A DNA stretch of 64,000 nucleotides, from the NCBI RefSeq assembly GCF_009914755.1, contig NC_060934.1; one strand, given 5' to 3'. How positions within the stretch are numbered: the stretch's first letter is position 1; every line of letters begins with the position of its first letter. Positions 30,074-44,721 of the stretch are shown one piece after another. Both the position numbers and the translations under genes were made by a program. Below the pieces are notes generated by a model, which saw only the letters and a list, made by a program, of their open reading frames with translations, made no database searches and had not been told where the DNA came from. This DNA is from the human T2T-CHM13v2.0 reference genome, Homo sapiens.

Positions 30074-30325
30074 AGGACTGATTTATTCATAGTAAGCATA
30101 GTGCCTAGAGCTGGGGATAGTTTTAGAGGCCCATAAAAATATTTTAATGTCTTTTAAAATATAAATTTAAAAATTTAGGTTTTTTTCCTGATATGTAATA
30201 TTAATATATTCATCTTAATAATAATAAAATATACATACAATATTCATTTTTTTCTTTCTTTCTGTTTGTGGAGGAAGGGGCCCATGAAAGGGCAAAAGTG
30301 CCTAACCCTCAATGACTAATCAGTC
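30074..30325. mobile_element. hAT-Tip100-type MITE (MER91/MER96-like)
   Basis: 'gtgcctag..ggccca' motifs near both ends around an AT-rich core; subfamily uncertain. Confidence 0.5.
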
Positions 30326-30450
30326 TTTATACCTTAATGATTATTCTCTTACATTTATCCCTTTCCTCTTCATTCTTCTCATTGTGATCAACTTAATCCA
30401 GTCCCTATTGCATTACTTCTGAATGACACCTACTAAGTGCTATTGGAGCC

Positions 30451-30812
30451 TGTATTAGCCCATTTTTAGGCTGCTAATAAAGACATACCTGAGACTGGGT
30501 AATTTATAAAAAACAAGAGGTTTAATGAACTCACAATTTCACGTGGCTGGGGAGGCCTCACAATCATGGCTGAAGATGAAAGTGACGTCTTACATGGCAG
30601 CAGGCAAGAGAGAGTAAGAGCCAAATGAAAAGGGAAACCTTTTATAAAACCATCAGATCTCATGAGACTTATTCACTACCATGAGAATGGTATAAGGGAA
30701 ACCGCCCCTGTGATTCAATTACCTCTCACAGGGTCCCTCCCACAACATGTAGGAATTATGGAAGCTACAATTCAAGATGAGACTTGGGTGGGGACACAGC
30801 CAAACCATATCA
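30451..30812 (-). mobile_element. THE1 (THE1B-like) MaLR solo LTR
   Basis: TG...CA ends; 5-bp TSD GAGCC/GAGCT; 'gggacacagccaaaccatatca' terminus. Confidence 0.92.
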
Positions 30813-30827
30813 GAGCTCGGTGATCAT

Positions 30828-30968
30828 GCAAAGGCTCCTTGACTTATGATGTGGTTCCTTCCCAATAGACCCACTGTCAGCTGAGAACACATTTAATATT
30901 CCAATAAATCCATCATAAAGTAAAAAATCGTAAGTTGAACCATCCATCATAAGTTGGGCATTTTCTGT
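30828..30968. mobile_element. Tigger4/MER46-type DNA transposon fragment
   Basis: 'gctccttgacttatgatg' ... 'catcataagttggg' terminal inverted repeats. Confidence 0.6.
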
Positions 30969-33302
30969 CTGTCCATGCGAACAGGTCACACAGACAGGAG
31001 GTTCTTTATAAAAGCTAAGTAAATCCAAATCTGCCTCACTGAGATAAGCAAGAGTAGAAAGAACACTGGCCTTCAAGAATATGACTGGAAATCAAGGATC
31101 CTAGCGGTTGTGTTCCAGATAAATCTGAGACTTGACTTCTTTACCTTTAAACTGGTTTAATATTTGCTCTACCTTCCTTACACTGTAGCTGTGAGGACCA
31201 GATGAAACAATGGGATTGAAGTAATTGCGTTAATGTTAAGGTGTTCTTCTGTGGTAAGCAAGCTCTGCCTCTGTTTCATTGACTCTTAGATCATGAATGC
31301 GCACAGATTCCTTCTTCCTTGTTACACTCAAGCCCGACCTGGCTTTGAGGCTGTCTGTCCTGAGCCCTGCCTCCCTCCTGCTCTGTTTCTCACTAAGCTC
31401 CCTTGTGCAGATCTCTCAGTCCTCAGCCATCCTCATATCCCATCTCTGCTCCTGGCAACCCCCTTGTTGAAGTGCTTTGTATAGCCACCTCTCATTCTGG
31501 AATGCATCCTTAACTCACTCTATATATTTTCCAACCAGGTTTCATACTCCTTAAGGACAGATGCTATTCTCTTTCTTTATCCCATAGAACCTAGAGCAGC
31601 ACCCTCCATCTAGTTTATGGAATTATTGATTCCCATGCCATTCCTCCAACCACTGTGTCTTCTCCTTCCCAGCCACCTCTCCACAGCCCACTTATCTCTC
31701 AGAGTCCCACTCAAGGCCTGAGTTCCTCCGAAAGCTTTTCCACTATTGTGCCCCGGAGACTTCTTCCTTCGCTGAACTTCTGTTGCCCTTCCTGAATGGT
31801 TTAGCACCTGGTCCCACAGCGTGTGCCTTCCTAGAAGTGAAAGAAGAGAATGTGCTTAGGTAGATGCATTGTCTGTGTTGTAAAGGGATTAAAAACGTTT
31901 CGGACTGGTGTGTTTTGAGCTGAGAATATGTTTTGCATGATTGAAAATGACCACTATCAGATTCCCTTCAATAAAATGCAACAGAGAGAATGTCTAGGTG
32001 ACTCCAGTGTGTATTAAAACTGTATTGATTTTGGTCATTGTTGTTTAGAGAATGGCAGTTTTGGGTTTAAAAGCCACTACGGAAATTATAATGTAGGCAT
32101 TGGAGGTCCCAATCCGGCCTTCACTAAGCTGACTACAATATTCTGTGTAATCCATGTGTGGTAACCCAACGCTGCTCCAGGAACCCTGAACCTGACACCT
32201 CTCTTCCCTGCCTAATTGCTATGATGAATTTTCACACTTGTAACGTAATACTTGGCTCGGTGCCATAACAGAGACCCAAAGGTCTCAAAGCGGCTCAATT
32301 CCTGAATAACTAAAGAAATTCATGAGTGACCCGAAGGTGCTGAACGGCCCTTATGGGCAGCAACCGGCTGTTTGGGTTGAATGTGAGATGTCTCTGGATT
32401 CCTGATGGTATAGGTATGGTGTGTGAATTCTTTTTGTGGCATAAGGGAAATATCTAATGACAGCAAATTGCTTATTTTGGATCATTCTTGAGCCTGGTTT
32501 TAACATTATGGGGGAGAAATACACCACATTGGCTAAGTAAAGAGCCAGATGAAGAATTTCATTGCAGCCTGGGTCTGAGGGGATGCCTGCCGCCCACCTT
32601 AAGCCTAGAGTCCGGAACCCGGGAACAATGCTGGCCGATGGGTGAGCCACACAGGATGTGCTGCCCCCAGGGCATGCGTCCTGCATGTTTTGGAGTCAGC
32701 ACTGGGGCTGGAAACTGCAAAACCTGGGGACTGGGAAGGAAGTGCAATGGAAACAGATCATCTCCTGATTCTACTATAGGTGACTATTGATTTACTGCAG
32801 TTTGGGGACACTTAAACATTTTAAGTAGCAGGGCAGGGCATTTGGGTAAATGGGCAGCCTAGAAACTAGCTATAACTCCCCCACTTGTGAATACCTTTTA
32901 AAATAACCAGTTCTCCTGTCTCTTCCTCCATCCCTCCCAGCCTCTCTCTCTCTTTATCTCTCTCTGTGTCTCTGATATGTACACGTAACAGAAACCTAAA
33001 GAAATTTCTGCTAAACATCTACCAATGGGCTTAGAATGCAAAGAACAAAACAAAACGAAACCAAACAAAAACCAGACACAATAATGACACTACTCCAGAG
33101 ACAGCTGTGGCTTTCTGTAAAGTAAGAGGAGGAGGGGCGCTCACCGAGGCTGGCTGATAACTCCTGCCATGGAAAGGTACAAGTGTCCTCATCCAGGCCC
33201 AAGCAGTACAAGGAAATCAGCTGAGTGGACTTCAGGATGTCCAATTCTTCAGCTTTTCTTGAACTCTGTGAACCAGTAGCCTTAGAATCCCAACTGTTTT
33301 GT

Positions 33303-33617
33303 TTTATTATTTATTTACTTATTTATTTAGAGACAGTGTCTTGCTCTGACACCCAGGCTAGAGTGCAGTGGCTTGATCACGGCTCAGTGCAGCCTCAACC
33401 TCCTGGGTCCAAGTGATCCTCTTGCATCAGCCTCTTGAGTAGCTGGGAATATAGGCACGTGCCACCATGCCTGGCTAATTAAAAACAATTTTTGTTTTGG
33501 TAGAGATTTCGTCTTGCTATGCTGCCCAGGCTGGTCTCAAACTCCTGGGCTCAAGTGATCCTCCTGTCTCAGCTTCCCAAGTAGCTGAGACTACAGGTGT
33601 GTGTCACCTTGCTAGCT
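33303..33617 (-). mobile_element. AluJ
   Basis: Antisense J-type Alu. Confidence 0.9.
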
Positions 33618-34437
33618 TTCAACTATGTATTAGACCTCCTTGCTTGATTCTAATATGATTGCCACATAAATCAGAGACCTGGACGGCAGGGAGGCCTTCC
33701 TTTGGGGATCTATCTGTTTCATAAAGAGATAAGGCTTCCAGCAGGGAGTCTGCTGAACCATTCTCTGTAAGGTGGCCATTCTGCTGGGATTCACAGCAGA
33801 GCAACTACCTTCCAAGTTATAGTAGAAAATAAGAAAGACAAGAACAAAGCCTCCTTTCCCCTAGCAAAATCAGTTTGTAGTGACTTAATTTTCTTTATTT
33901 TTTTCTTCGACTTTGGACTAAGGGTTGCTTTGTGAGTTTGAGACACCATCAAGCTTGACTTCTATTAGAGCTTGACATCAAATGATAGTTCATATCACTA
34001 TCAGCGTTTTCTAGAGCAAGTACTCAGTAATTGGTATCTCCCTATAAATGAAAGTAACATCGAATAAGCATCCACCTATACTTTTTAAAAAATGAATGTT
34101 CGAAGTGGCTGTATTTCTCTGAGAAAAAGAAGAAACAAGAAATTCAATGGAGGCAGCAAATAGATTGGTAACAGAGGAAAATCAAACCAGTGACACAGAA
34201 AGCAAACCTGAAGAATGTTAGGAGAACAAAAAGGAACAAAGTCAAAGGACGAAAATATAAGGGAGAAAATATTAGTTGCAGAGGGCAGTTATCAGGGGTG
34301 CAGTCAATGTATGGGTGATAGACTTACTGGTAAAACAGAACAAATTTAACATCAATAATAAGAAAACATTAAAACAGTAAATACCAGAAGAATACTTCAC
34401 CCTCTGCAGAGAACTTTGAAGGGGAATATGGAGACCT

Positions 34438-34925
34438 GGTGGGGCAGAGACTGCTAACTGTCTCTCAGTATTCATTCTACCCTTCTTCCTTTCAGTGACA
34501 GAAACTTTTATCTGGGTACATGGCCTCCCAGCTGAAGACTGCATTTCACAGGCTTGCTGGGACTTGGGTGTGGCCATATGACTGAGTGCAGTCTAGTGGA
34601 ATGGGAGAGAAATGATGTGTGCAACTTCAAGTCATTCTCTTCAAGATGAAGCTGCTCAGGTGGGTGCTCCATTTGTTCCCTCAGATTGGAATGTGGGTGA
34701 GGTGTTGGATGTCAGCCTAGGCAGTTAGGAGATTAGTACCCAAGGAGATGGTGGGGCTGAACACTAAAGGGCCATGGGTCCCTGGGTCACTCTGTGCTGC
34801 CGAGTTTCCTAGCAAGTCTTGATTGCTTCTTCTGGACTTTTGTATATAAGAGAAATAGACTTCTGCCTTGTCTGAACACATAATACCTTGTTACAGCATT
34901 GTAACCTGTGCTGTAACTGAAATAT
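34438..34925 (+). mobile_element. MLT1 (MLT1I/J-like) MaLR LTR
   Basis: 'cccagctgaagactgcatttc', 'gtgtggccatatgact' MLT1 motifs. Confidence 0.7.
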
Positions 34926-36114
34926 GCATGCCTTGTGCATACAAACAACTTGTGAATCATGAATGATGTCAAAGAAAGACTTTTCTGTAAAATGGAGCAA
35001 CCCAATAGCCCAACACATGGTTTAGTAGCAATTGGACATCATAGGCAAATTATAAATCTTGACCTAAACCTTACACCTTATGCAAAAATTAACTCAAAAT
35101 GGATCACACACTTAAATGTAAAAGGTAAAACTCTAAGAGTTTTAGAGAACAACAAAGGCAATCTTTGGAACCCAGGGCTAGGCAAAGAGCCTATAGATAC
35201 CACAACAAAAGCACAATCCATACAAGGGAAAATTGATGTTGTGCTGCATCAAAATTAAAAATGTTTACTCTGTGAAAGTCTACGTGAAGAGGGTGAAAAG
35301 ACAAACTGGAGGCTGACAGAAGATATTTGCAAACCACATGTCTGACAAAGGAATAGTATCTAGAATACATAAAGAACCCTCAAAGCTCAGTAGTAAAAAA
35401 CCCAAGACAATCCAATTAGAAAATGGGCAAAATACATTGCACCAAAATCAATACACAGCTGGAAAATAATCCCATAAAAAGATGACCAACACTGTTAGCC
35501 ATCAGGGAAATGCAAATTAAGACCACAATGATGTATCACTACACATTTATTAGAATGGCTAAAATAAAAAATAGTGACAATGTCAAATGTTGGCAAAGAT
35601 GTGGGAAAACTGGGTTACTCATACATTGTTGGTGGGAATGTAAAATGCTACCGTCATTTTGGAAAACAGCTTGACAGTTTCTTAAAAAAAATCTTAAAGA
35701 TGTAATTACCTGTGACCTAGCAATTGCACTCTTGGGCATTTATCTCCCAGAAATGAAAACTTATATTCACATAAAAACTTGTACACCAGCGTTCATAGCA
35801 GCATTATTTGTAATAGCCCAAAGCTGGAAAAAGCCCTGATGTCCTTCAACAAATGAATCGTTAAACAAATTGTACTATATCCATATGGTGGAATACTACT
35901 CAGCAATAAAAAGGAGCACATTATTTATGCACTCAGTAACGTGGATGAGTCTTCAGGGAATTATGCTGAGTGAAAAAAGCCAATCCCCAAAGATTCTAAG
36001 ATTCCATTTATATAACATTTTCAAAATGTATACATTAAGAAATGGAGATATTAGTGGATGCCAGGGGTTAGGAGCGAAGTGTATTAGTCAGGGTTCACCA
36101 AAGAAACAGAATAA

Positions 36115-36130
36115 ACACACAGACACACAG

Positions 36131-36180
<50 letters not shown>

Positions 36181-36365
36181 ACACAGAGAGAGGGAGGGAG
36201 AGAATGCTACAGAGAAAGAGAGGGGAGAGCCCCAGAGATACAGAGACAGAGGGATAGAGAGACACAGAGAGACACAGAGAGAGAGAGAGAAAGAGAGAGA
36301 ATGTTGGAGAGAAAGAGAGGGGAGATCCCCGGAGATACAGAGACAGACAGACAGATAGACAGACA

Positions 36366-36408
<43 letters not shown>

Positions 36409-36430
36409 GTAAAGAGAGAGAGAGAGAGAA
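36115..36430. repeat. (CA)n/(GA)n compound microsatellite with an internal duplication of about 40 bp
   Basis: Two long CA runs; 'agagaaagagaggggaga.cccc.gagatacagagacaga' occurs twice. Confidence 0.9.
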
Positions 36431-36526
36431 ATTTATTATAAGGTAATAGCTCACTTGATTAGTCCCTACTCTCTGCAAGCTGAAAACCCAAGAAAGCTGT
36501 TGGTGTACGTTAAAAGTCCTAGCTTT

Positions 36527-37150
<624 letters not shown>

Positions 37151-37819
37151 TGAGAGCCGATGGCATAGATTCCAGTCTGGGTCTAAAGGCCTGAGGACCA
37201 GAAGCACCACAGGTAGGAGGTCAGTGTCCCATCCCAGTTCAGGCAAAGGGCAAGGGAATACTCTTTCTCCACATTTTTGTGCTATTCAGGCCCTCAGCCT
37301 ATTGGATGATGTCCACCTATATTGGGGAGGTCAATCAGCTTTACTTAGTCTACTTCAAATGCTCATCTCTTCTGGAAACACCCTCACAGACACACCCAGA
37401 AATAATGTTTAACCAGACAGCTGAGCAGCCTGCCATCCAGTCAAGCTGACACATCAAATTAACTACCACACAGGGTGTGGAGGGAGATTAGCCATCAGGA
37501 AAATGCAAATTAAAACCACAAATACCTTTCTCTTTTGGTGATTATAAAAAGGTGACACAAATTATTCTTGCAGTGATTGAGCTTTTCAATATTTTGATCG
37601 TGGTGGGGGCTACACAAATCTAAACATCTGATAAAATTGTATAGAGTGTGCATGTGCTTACATCCCCCCAACACAGGGGTGCAAGGAAAACTAAGAAAAT
37701 TTGAATAAAACTGGTGGATTGTATCAACATAATTATCGTGGTGGTGATATTGTGGTATAATTTTTGCAAAATCTTGCCACTGGGGGAAACAGATAATACA
37801 GGATTACTTTGTATTATTT

Positions 37820-38122
37820 CTTTCTTTTCTTTTTCTCTTTGAGACAGAGTTTTTGCTCTGTTGCCCACGCTGGAGTGTAGTGGCATGATCTTGGCTCACT
37901 GCAACCTCTGCCTCCTGGGTTCAAGTGATTCTCCTGCCTCAGCCTCCTGAGTAGCTGGGATTATAGGCACCCACCACCAGGCCTGGCTAATTTTTGTATT
38001 TTTAGTAGAGATGGGATTTTGCCGTGTTGGCCAGGCTGGTCTTGAACTCTTGACCTCAGGTCATCCACCTGCCTCAGCCTCCCAAAGCGCTAGGATTACA
38101 GGCATGAGCCACTGCACCCGGC
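37820..38122 (-). mobile_element. AluS
   Basis: TSD TTGTATTATTTCTT on both sides. Confidence 0.93.
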
Positions 38123-38545
38123 TTGTATTATTTCTTAAAACTGCATGTGACTCTACAGTTATCTCAGTAAAAATTTCAATGAAAAAGCTCCAGGAATCAG
38201 GAAATATCCACAACCTTTCTTAGGTGCACTGGTCAAAAACATTTTCTAGAGCAATGAGAAATAAAAGAAAATTAAGAACTTGATTTGGAAAGGATTGTAA
38301 GGTGAACTGTTATAGCTAATTCCTGATAAGAGTTTTACATACAAAGATATTATAAAGAGATGGTCTACATTTCATAAAATATGGCCTTTATACACCCAAA
38401 TGACATTGATAAAAGTTGTGATGGATGATGAGTGAGTCAAAAGTTCCAAGTTTCTTATCTTCTATAAGGAGAAAAAAATATTGCTTTGTCATTGCTGTTG
38501 ATAATTAAACACATGTTTAGGACCTTGGAAAACTTGTTTGCCATC

Positions 38546-38919
38546 TGTATTAGTTCGTTTTCATGTTGCTGATAATGACATACCTGAAACTGGGAACAAA
38601 AAGAGATTTAATTGGACTTACAGTTCCACATGGCTGGAGAGGCCGCAGAACCATGGCAGGAGATGAAAGGCAATTCTTACATAGTGGCAGCAAGAGGAAA
38701 ATGAGAGAAGCAAAAGCAGAAACCCCTGATAAACCCATCAGATCTCGTGAGCCTTATTCACTATCATGAGAATAGCACAGGAAAGACAGGCCTCCATGAT
38801 TCTATTACCTCCCTCTGCGAGGGGAGGGTAATAGAATTCTATTACCTCCGCAATGCATGGGAGTTCTGGAGATACAATTCAGGTTGAGATTTGAGTGGGG
38901 ACATAGAAAAACCATGTCA
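38546..38919 (-). mobile_element. THE1 (THE1C-like) MaLR solo LTR with an internal fold-back rearrangement
   Basis: TG...CA ends; perfect TSD CCATC at 38541-38545 and 38920-38924. Confidence 0.92.
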
Positions 38920-39639
38920 CCATCATAAGAATTAAAAGAACAACCACCTTCTGGACCATTGTGGAAGGAAAGCAAACTATCTAGTCTATAAACACACATA
39001 CACACAAATGCAAACACTGTAAAAGTAAATATAAAGCAAGATGATATAACTAAGAGAAAAACAGTTACAATTAATCTAAAATGAGAAGTAGAGGAACTTG
39101 AAATGCTGCCTTGGGCTGGGGTGTCTTGAAGCCTGTGCTGGGCACAGGGATGGGGTCGGATTCGCCCACAGGTTGTAGAATCAGGAGTTGGGGGTCAATC
39201 CAAGAGACAAAAATTTAGGATAAAAAATGAAAACAGAAATGTAGGCAGGGAGTCCACACGAAGTGTGGCTCCAAGACAGAGAGGCAGAGTACAGATATGT
39301 GTCCACAGGATAGATATTGAGGTCACTTGACCAGTGCAAGGGGATTTAGCATGAAGGTTGATAGAGAATCTGGAGCGATTTTCCAAAGTATGAGGTCATA
39401 GCAGGACTTAAAAAAATACCTTTTTCTTTGCAGCAATAGGGAAGAGCTGCTTAAAGTGTCAGGCCAATTCAAAGATGCTGTCTATGGGAGATACACCTGA
39501 AATACCCAATGGAGAGAAAGCGTCTTCTAATATCACAAAGGGGAAGCAAAGAGAACTTGGGGAATAGAAGCTGGAGGCACCTAGGGGCATTCTTTTTGAC
39601 AGAGTTGTCTATGTGCCTTCCAGTTCTCTCCTTGGTTCT

Positions 39640-40050
39640 CTCTTGAATATTTTCCAACCAGGCTTCTGTTACTGCTGCCTCACAGAACAGCTCTTACCAA
39701 AGTCACCGTGGGCTCCACTGGCTGCCAATCCAGCCCTGCCTTGCTGACTTACTGGGCATTGGTTTCGTTGACTCTGCTGAAACACTGGCTTCTAGGACAC
39801 CCTGGCCCTGGTTCTCCTCCCGCCCGTCTGGCCTCCCCTTCTTAACACCTTTGCTGGTTCTGCCTCCCCTCTTCAGCCCCTACATGTTGGAAGAACTCAG
39901 GTCACAGTCCTTGGACCTCTTAAACAATTTTAAAAATATGATCTATACTCGTGTTCCAGGAGAAGTCATCCAGTCTCATGGGTTTAAGTTCCCTCTATAA
40001 GCTGATGAAAAGGAAGATACACATCTAGTCTGCATTTGAGTGGCTGCTGG
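39640..40050 (+). mobile_element. L2 fragments
   Basis: 'cagctcttaccaaagtcacc', 'catccagtctcatgggtttaa' resemble L2. Confidence 0.55.
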
Positions 40051-40119
40051 GAAAGCCAAGGTAGGATTTCCCATCCCATTTACCTGTCTCAAACACTGGA
40101 TAAACAATGCCATATGAGT

Positions 40120-40643
40120 CAGGTGTCTCAGCATTGGTGCTATTGACATTTTGGGCCAGATAATTCTCTGTTGTGGAGCTGTCATGTATTAGGGGATATA
40201 TTATAGGAGATGATACGGCATGATATTATAGAATGTATTATAGGATGTGATACGATATCATATGATATAAAATATAGGATACAATATGATACTATAAGAC
40301 ATGATAGAATAGGATGTGTTATAGGATGTAAAAAGATATGATAGAATGGGATGTATTATAGGATCGATATGATATAATATGACATTATAGGATATATTAT
40401 AGGATGTGGTATGATATTATAAGGTATACTATAGGATGTGATATGTGATAGGATAGGGTGTATTACAAGACATAGGATAGGATAGGATAGGATAGGATGT
40501 ATTATAGGCTGTAGAGCAGCATTCCTGGTCTCTATCCCTTAGATCTCAGCAGCACCCTCCCCCACAGTTGTGACAATCAAAAATGTCTCCAGACATTGCC
40601 AAATGTCTCCTGGGGTGCAAAACTACTCTGATCGAGAACACTG
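40120..40643 (-). mobile_element. MER20 (hAT-Charlie) split by an internal tandem array
   Basis: 'ctattgacattttgggccagataattct' and 'gttgtgacaatcaaaaatgtctccagacattgccaaatgtc' are the two halves of MER20. Confidence 0.88.
40185..40510. repeat. Degenerate GATAT/ATAGG/TATTATAGGATGT minisatellite
   Basis: Repeated 'tattataggatgtg' and 'ataggatagg' units. Confidence 0.85.
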
Positions 40644-42081
40644 GTATAGGTAGTGAGAGGAGAAGGCTAAAAATAATCCCCAGAGAGAAGGAGTAAAGGC
40701 TGGACCTGAGTACTCAATAAATGGGATTAATGTAAAAATTAAACATGCAGAACATTAAATCTAGAGAAAAAGGAGGATCCTGAGGTACAGTTTGTTAACC
40801 TTCTGACTGCAAAAATATTTCATATGTAGTTGGTACCAAAGTACTCCTCAAGAAACAATGTCTCCAAGGGCCAAGCTGACTGCTTATTTTACATGAAATT
40901 TCTGTATTTATGAAGGGAGGGAATAAGTTAAGTGGTTGGCTAGAAAAGTCAAAATTCCTGATGTTTATTTGCCTGATTGCTGACCTTTTTAATAATTTTG
41001 TTTTTCCATTTAATGTTGCCAAGTGGAACTGAGTATTCCTTATGGACTCATACGTACATAAGCCCAGAACTCTTTTTAGCTCAGTAGATGTGTTTCTAGG
41101 GCCAATTTACATGGTCAGTCAAGATCACCTATTAACGCAGCAATCACAAAATGATTGTTTTAGGGTGACTGCATAGGATGATGGGCCACTCACTGTCACA
41201 AAAGATGAGCAAATTAAATGGAAGGTTGAAGGCTAATTATACAGAGTCCTTTAGTTTTAGGGTTTCCCCTCTTCTTCCTTCTTTCCCTCTTTCATTCTCA
41301 ATTTCCATTAATTTCTTCTTCCCTTATTAATAATAATATTCTTTTGCTGGTGCAGAGAAAAAGACAAGCAGTAGAGTAGAGAAGTGAATATAGGAAGAGA
41401 ACAGTATATTTTTGACAGCAGTTGGGAAGGAATTATAGTGTTTAAAACAAAACCCTAAAGTCTCTCTATGATCACAGGTCTATTATTAATCTTTCTGGAG
41501 TAGAAAGAGATGGCAGATGCATTCTGTTGCTAATATTATCTTTTGTAAATCTTTGCCTTGCTTTAGAATATTTCCATAATGAAGTCCACACAATACCTGC
41601 CTTTTGCAGCTTTTATTGAAATAGTGATTTTTGTTATTTTAACTCACAAATATAAAAATTTGCCAATATTAATCTGATTTTGCTTTATGTAAATTCAGAT
41701 GGTTTAAAAATAAGAGCCAAGGTAGAAAAGTGAGTGTAGTGCTAAACTTTATGAAAATATTGGAAGTGAATGTTAAAGACGAAGCAGGAAGTTTGAAAGT
41801 CTTGATTATGTTTTCATAAATATTTGTTCAGTAGATACAGCAAATTCCAATATGTAAACACTATTAAAATAAGCCTTTTCTTTTTTTTCCTTCTCCATGA
41901 GTTTTGCAGAATTTCTAACCATGTTTCCCCTCCCTGCACTCACCATTGCTAATTTGCATGTTGTTAGGCTACACGTTTAATAACTATGTAGAAGTAGAAA
42001 ATGAAAGGCAGTTTTATGCCATGGACCATAACTTTTGTGCATATAACATTACCAATGGCATTAGAGACACAATGGAATTAA

Positions 42082-42737
<656 letters not shown>

Positions 42738-42759
42738 TCAGACTTCCAAATTCTTTTTC

Positions 42760-42906
42760 TTTTCTTTCTTTCTTTCATTTCTTTTTTTTTTTTTTTGAGA
42801 CAGGATCCTGCTCTGTCTCCCAAGCAGGAGAGCAGTGGTGCAATCCCGGCTCACTGGAGCTTTGACGTCCAAAGCTCAAGCTATCCTCCCACCTCAGCCT
42901 CCCAGA
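42760..42906 (-). mobile_element. Truncated AluJ right arm
   Basis: Poly-T followed by about 110 bp of Alu. Confidence 0.8.
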
Positions 42907-43239
42907 GCACATACATTCTTCTGACAGACTGGGAGAATATGCTTCATTTCATGAGACAAAAATGAAACTTGGTGCACATTTGCATTTATTTTGCTTAAGA
43001 GAGCTGAATGGTGTTTTCAGAGGTAGATTTACTAATTAAATTCCTAACGAGTGAACCGAGGGCCAGGCTTTATCCAGAAAAAGCAAGTATCTTTCAGAAA
43101 ACTTGTTCAAATGCATATAACCCTGCTTATTCTTTCCCCTAGTTAGAAGTGCATTCTTTAAGAAATGCCCTAGCGATGACAAGAGGCTATTTTTTTGTGA
43201 CTGGGGAATATCTTTCCACGAGGGCAAAGTTTCCTGCAG

Positions 43240-43390
43240 TGGGAATACCCTGAGTTACAAGCCTGGCTTAGGCGCTTCAGAATCCCTGACTGAATCTTGG
43301 GAAAGTCACAGGTTTTCTCTGGACCTTTGGTTCCTTATCTGTAAGATAAGGTGGTTGACATAGAAACCTTGCAAGCTTCTTTCTCGCATC
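43240..43390 (+). mobile_element. MIR fragment
   Basis: 'cttgggaaagtcac..ctctggacctt.gttccttatctgtaa'. Confidence 0.6.
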
Positions 43391-44721
43391 CCATGATGAC
43401 ATACTCTTCAAGTCCTTAAGCAGGATAATTATGGCAAATGAGGGAAACTTCTGGGGGAGTGAGTTGCTTTAGATAGTGAATTTTGTTCTTCTGGCGAACT
43501 TATGTTTTTGGTACAAATTAATTTTTTTTCTCTGCCTGGTTCCTCTTGGAATCAAAGCAAACAAAATTCTCTGCCTTTTTCCCCCCCTCTAAATTTCCCT
43601 TATTCAATTTTCACAAATGAATGCAACTATCATCTTCTAAGTCAACTTTAGGAGAGGAGTATGAACTAGCTGAATGACGACAGCTTAGTAGAAAATCTGC
43701 CTTGTTCATCTATCTTGTTGCTATATTTTGTTGCTAGAGAGATAAACATTTTGTGGCAAATCATGGTGCGAGTCAGGATTTTGGCACAAGACAGATTTTG
43801 TAGACGCAGAAAAAAAAGGTGTTTGTGTCTAGCTCTGAATCCAAGTTTCTGATTGAATGGATGAGAGAAGATCAGATGAACTTTTCCATTTATTCATTCT
43901 GTTTCATCTCGGAGCTTTGCCTGGGTCAGGACATCTTACTCTCCAGTCACTGCCTTCAACCTCGGTGTGCTCAATTTTTTCTCTGGTGTCATTTACCTAA
44001 ACTCCGAAAACTCCACTTATTTCACAAAACCCTTCTCAACCAATTGAATCAAAATTGGTGCATTCCAAACCTCTCCCCTTCCACTCCCCTCCAACCCTTG
44101 GTTTTGATACAGGAATAGAATCAAGAAGGGAGTCATATATTCATTTTGCTTTGAAGAATTTTCATTTACTCCAGTGCTTTTGAAAGGTTAAAAACCCTTT
44201 CTGTGCCTATTCTTTTTGGAATATTGTCTCACTAAGACTGAGGAAAATGTCCTTGAATGCTTTAATTCGATTTTCAAGAAGTGTGTTCTCCAAACTCCAT
44301 ATTTTGGCCTTACCCAAACTTTAATCTCCATATATCCTAGGATATTAAAAAATGCATTTTTTCATGCAACTATAAATTAGACAATGCTGGGTGAATAAAT
44401 AATAACCATCTCAAATGACTGCTGCAGGAAGAATGCTTGATAGTGTTAAACAGTCAATGCTGCAAAAATTGGAGAAGCAGTTTTAGTTTCCAACTTTAAG
44501 CAAGAAGCTCATCTTCTCCATAAAATGATGTTAACCATCCCCTACCCTGGTCCCCACCAGCTCTGCTCCCCTCTCTGTCCCTCGCCAGTTACCACAGGGC
44601 AGACGCTGATGAGATAGACGGATCATGCCTGCATCCACATTACGTCACCCTGTTAGAGAGACAGTAACTGCAGCCATGTGGACTCCTGGTCAGAATTTGG
44701 CAAGGGTACTAGAGGAAAGCA

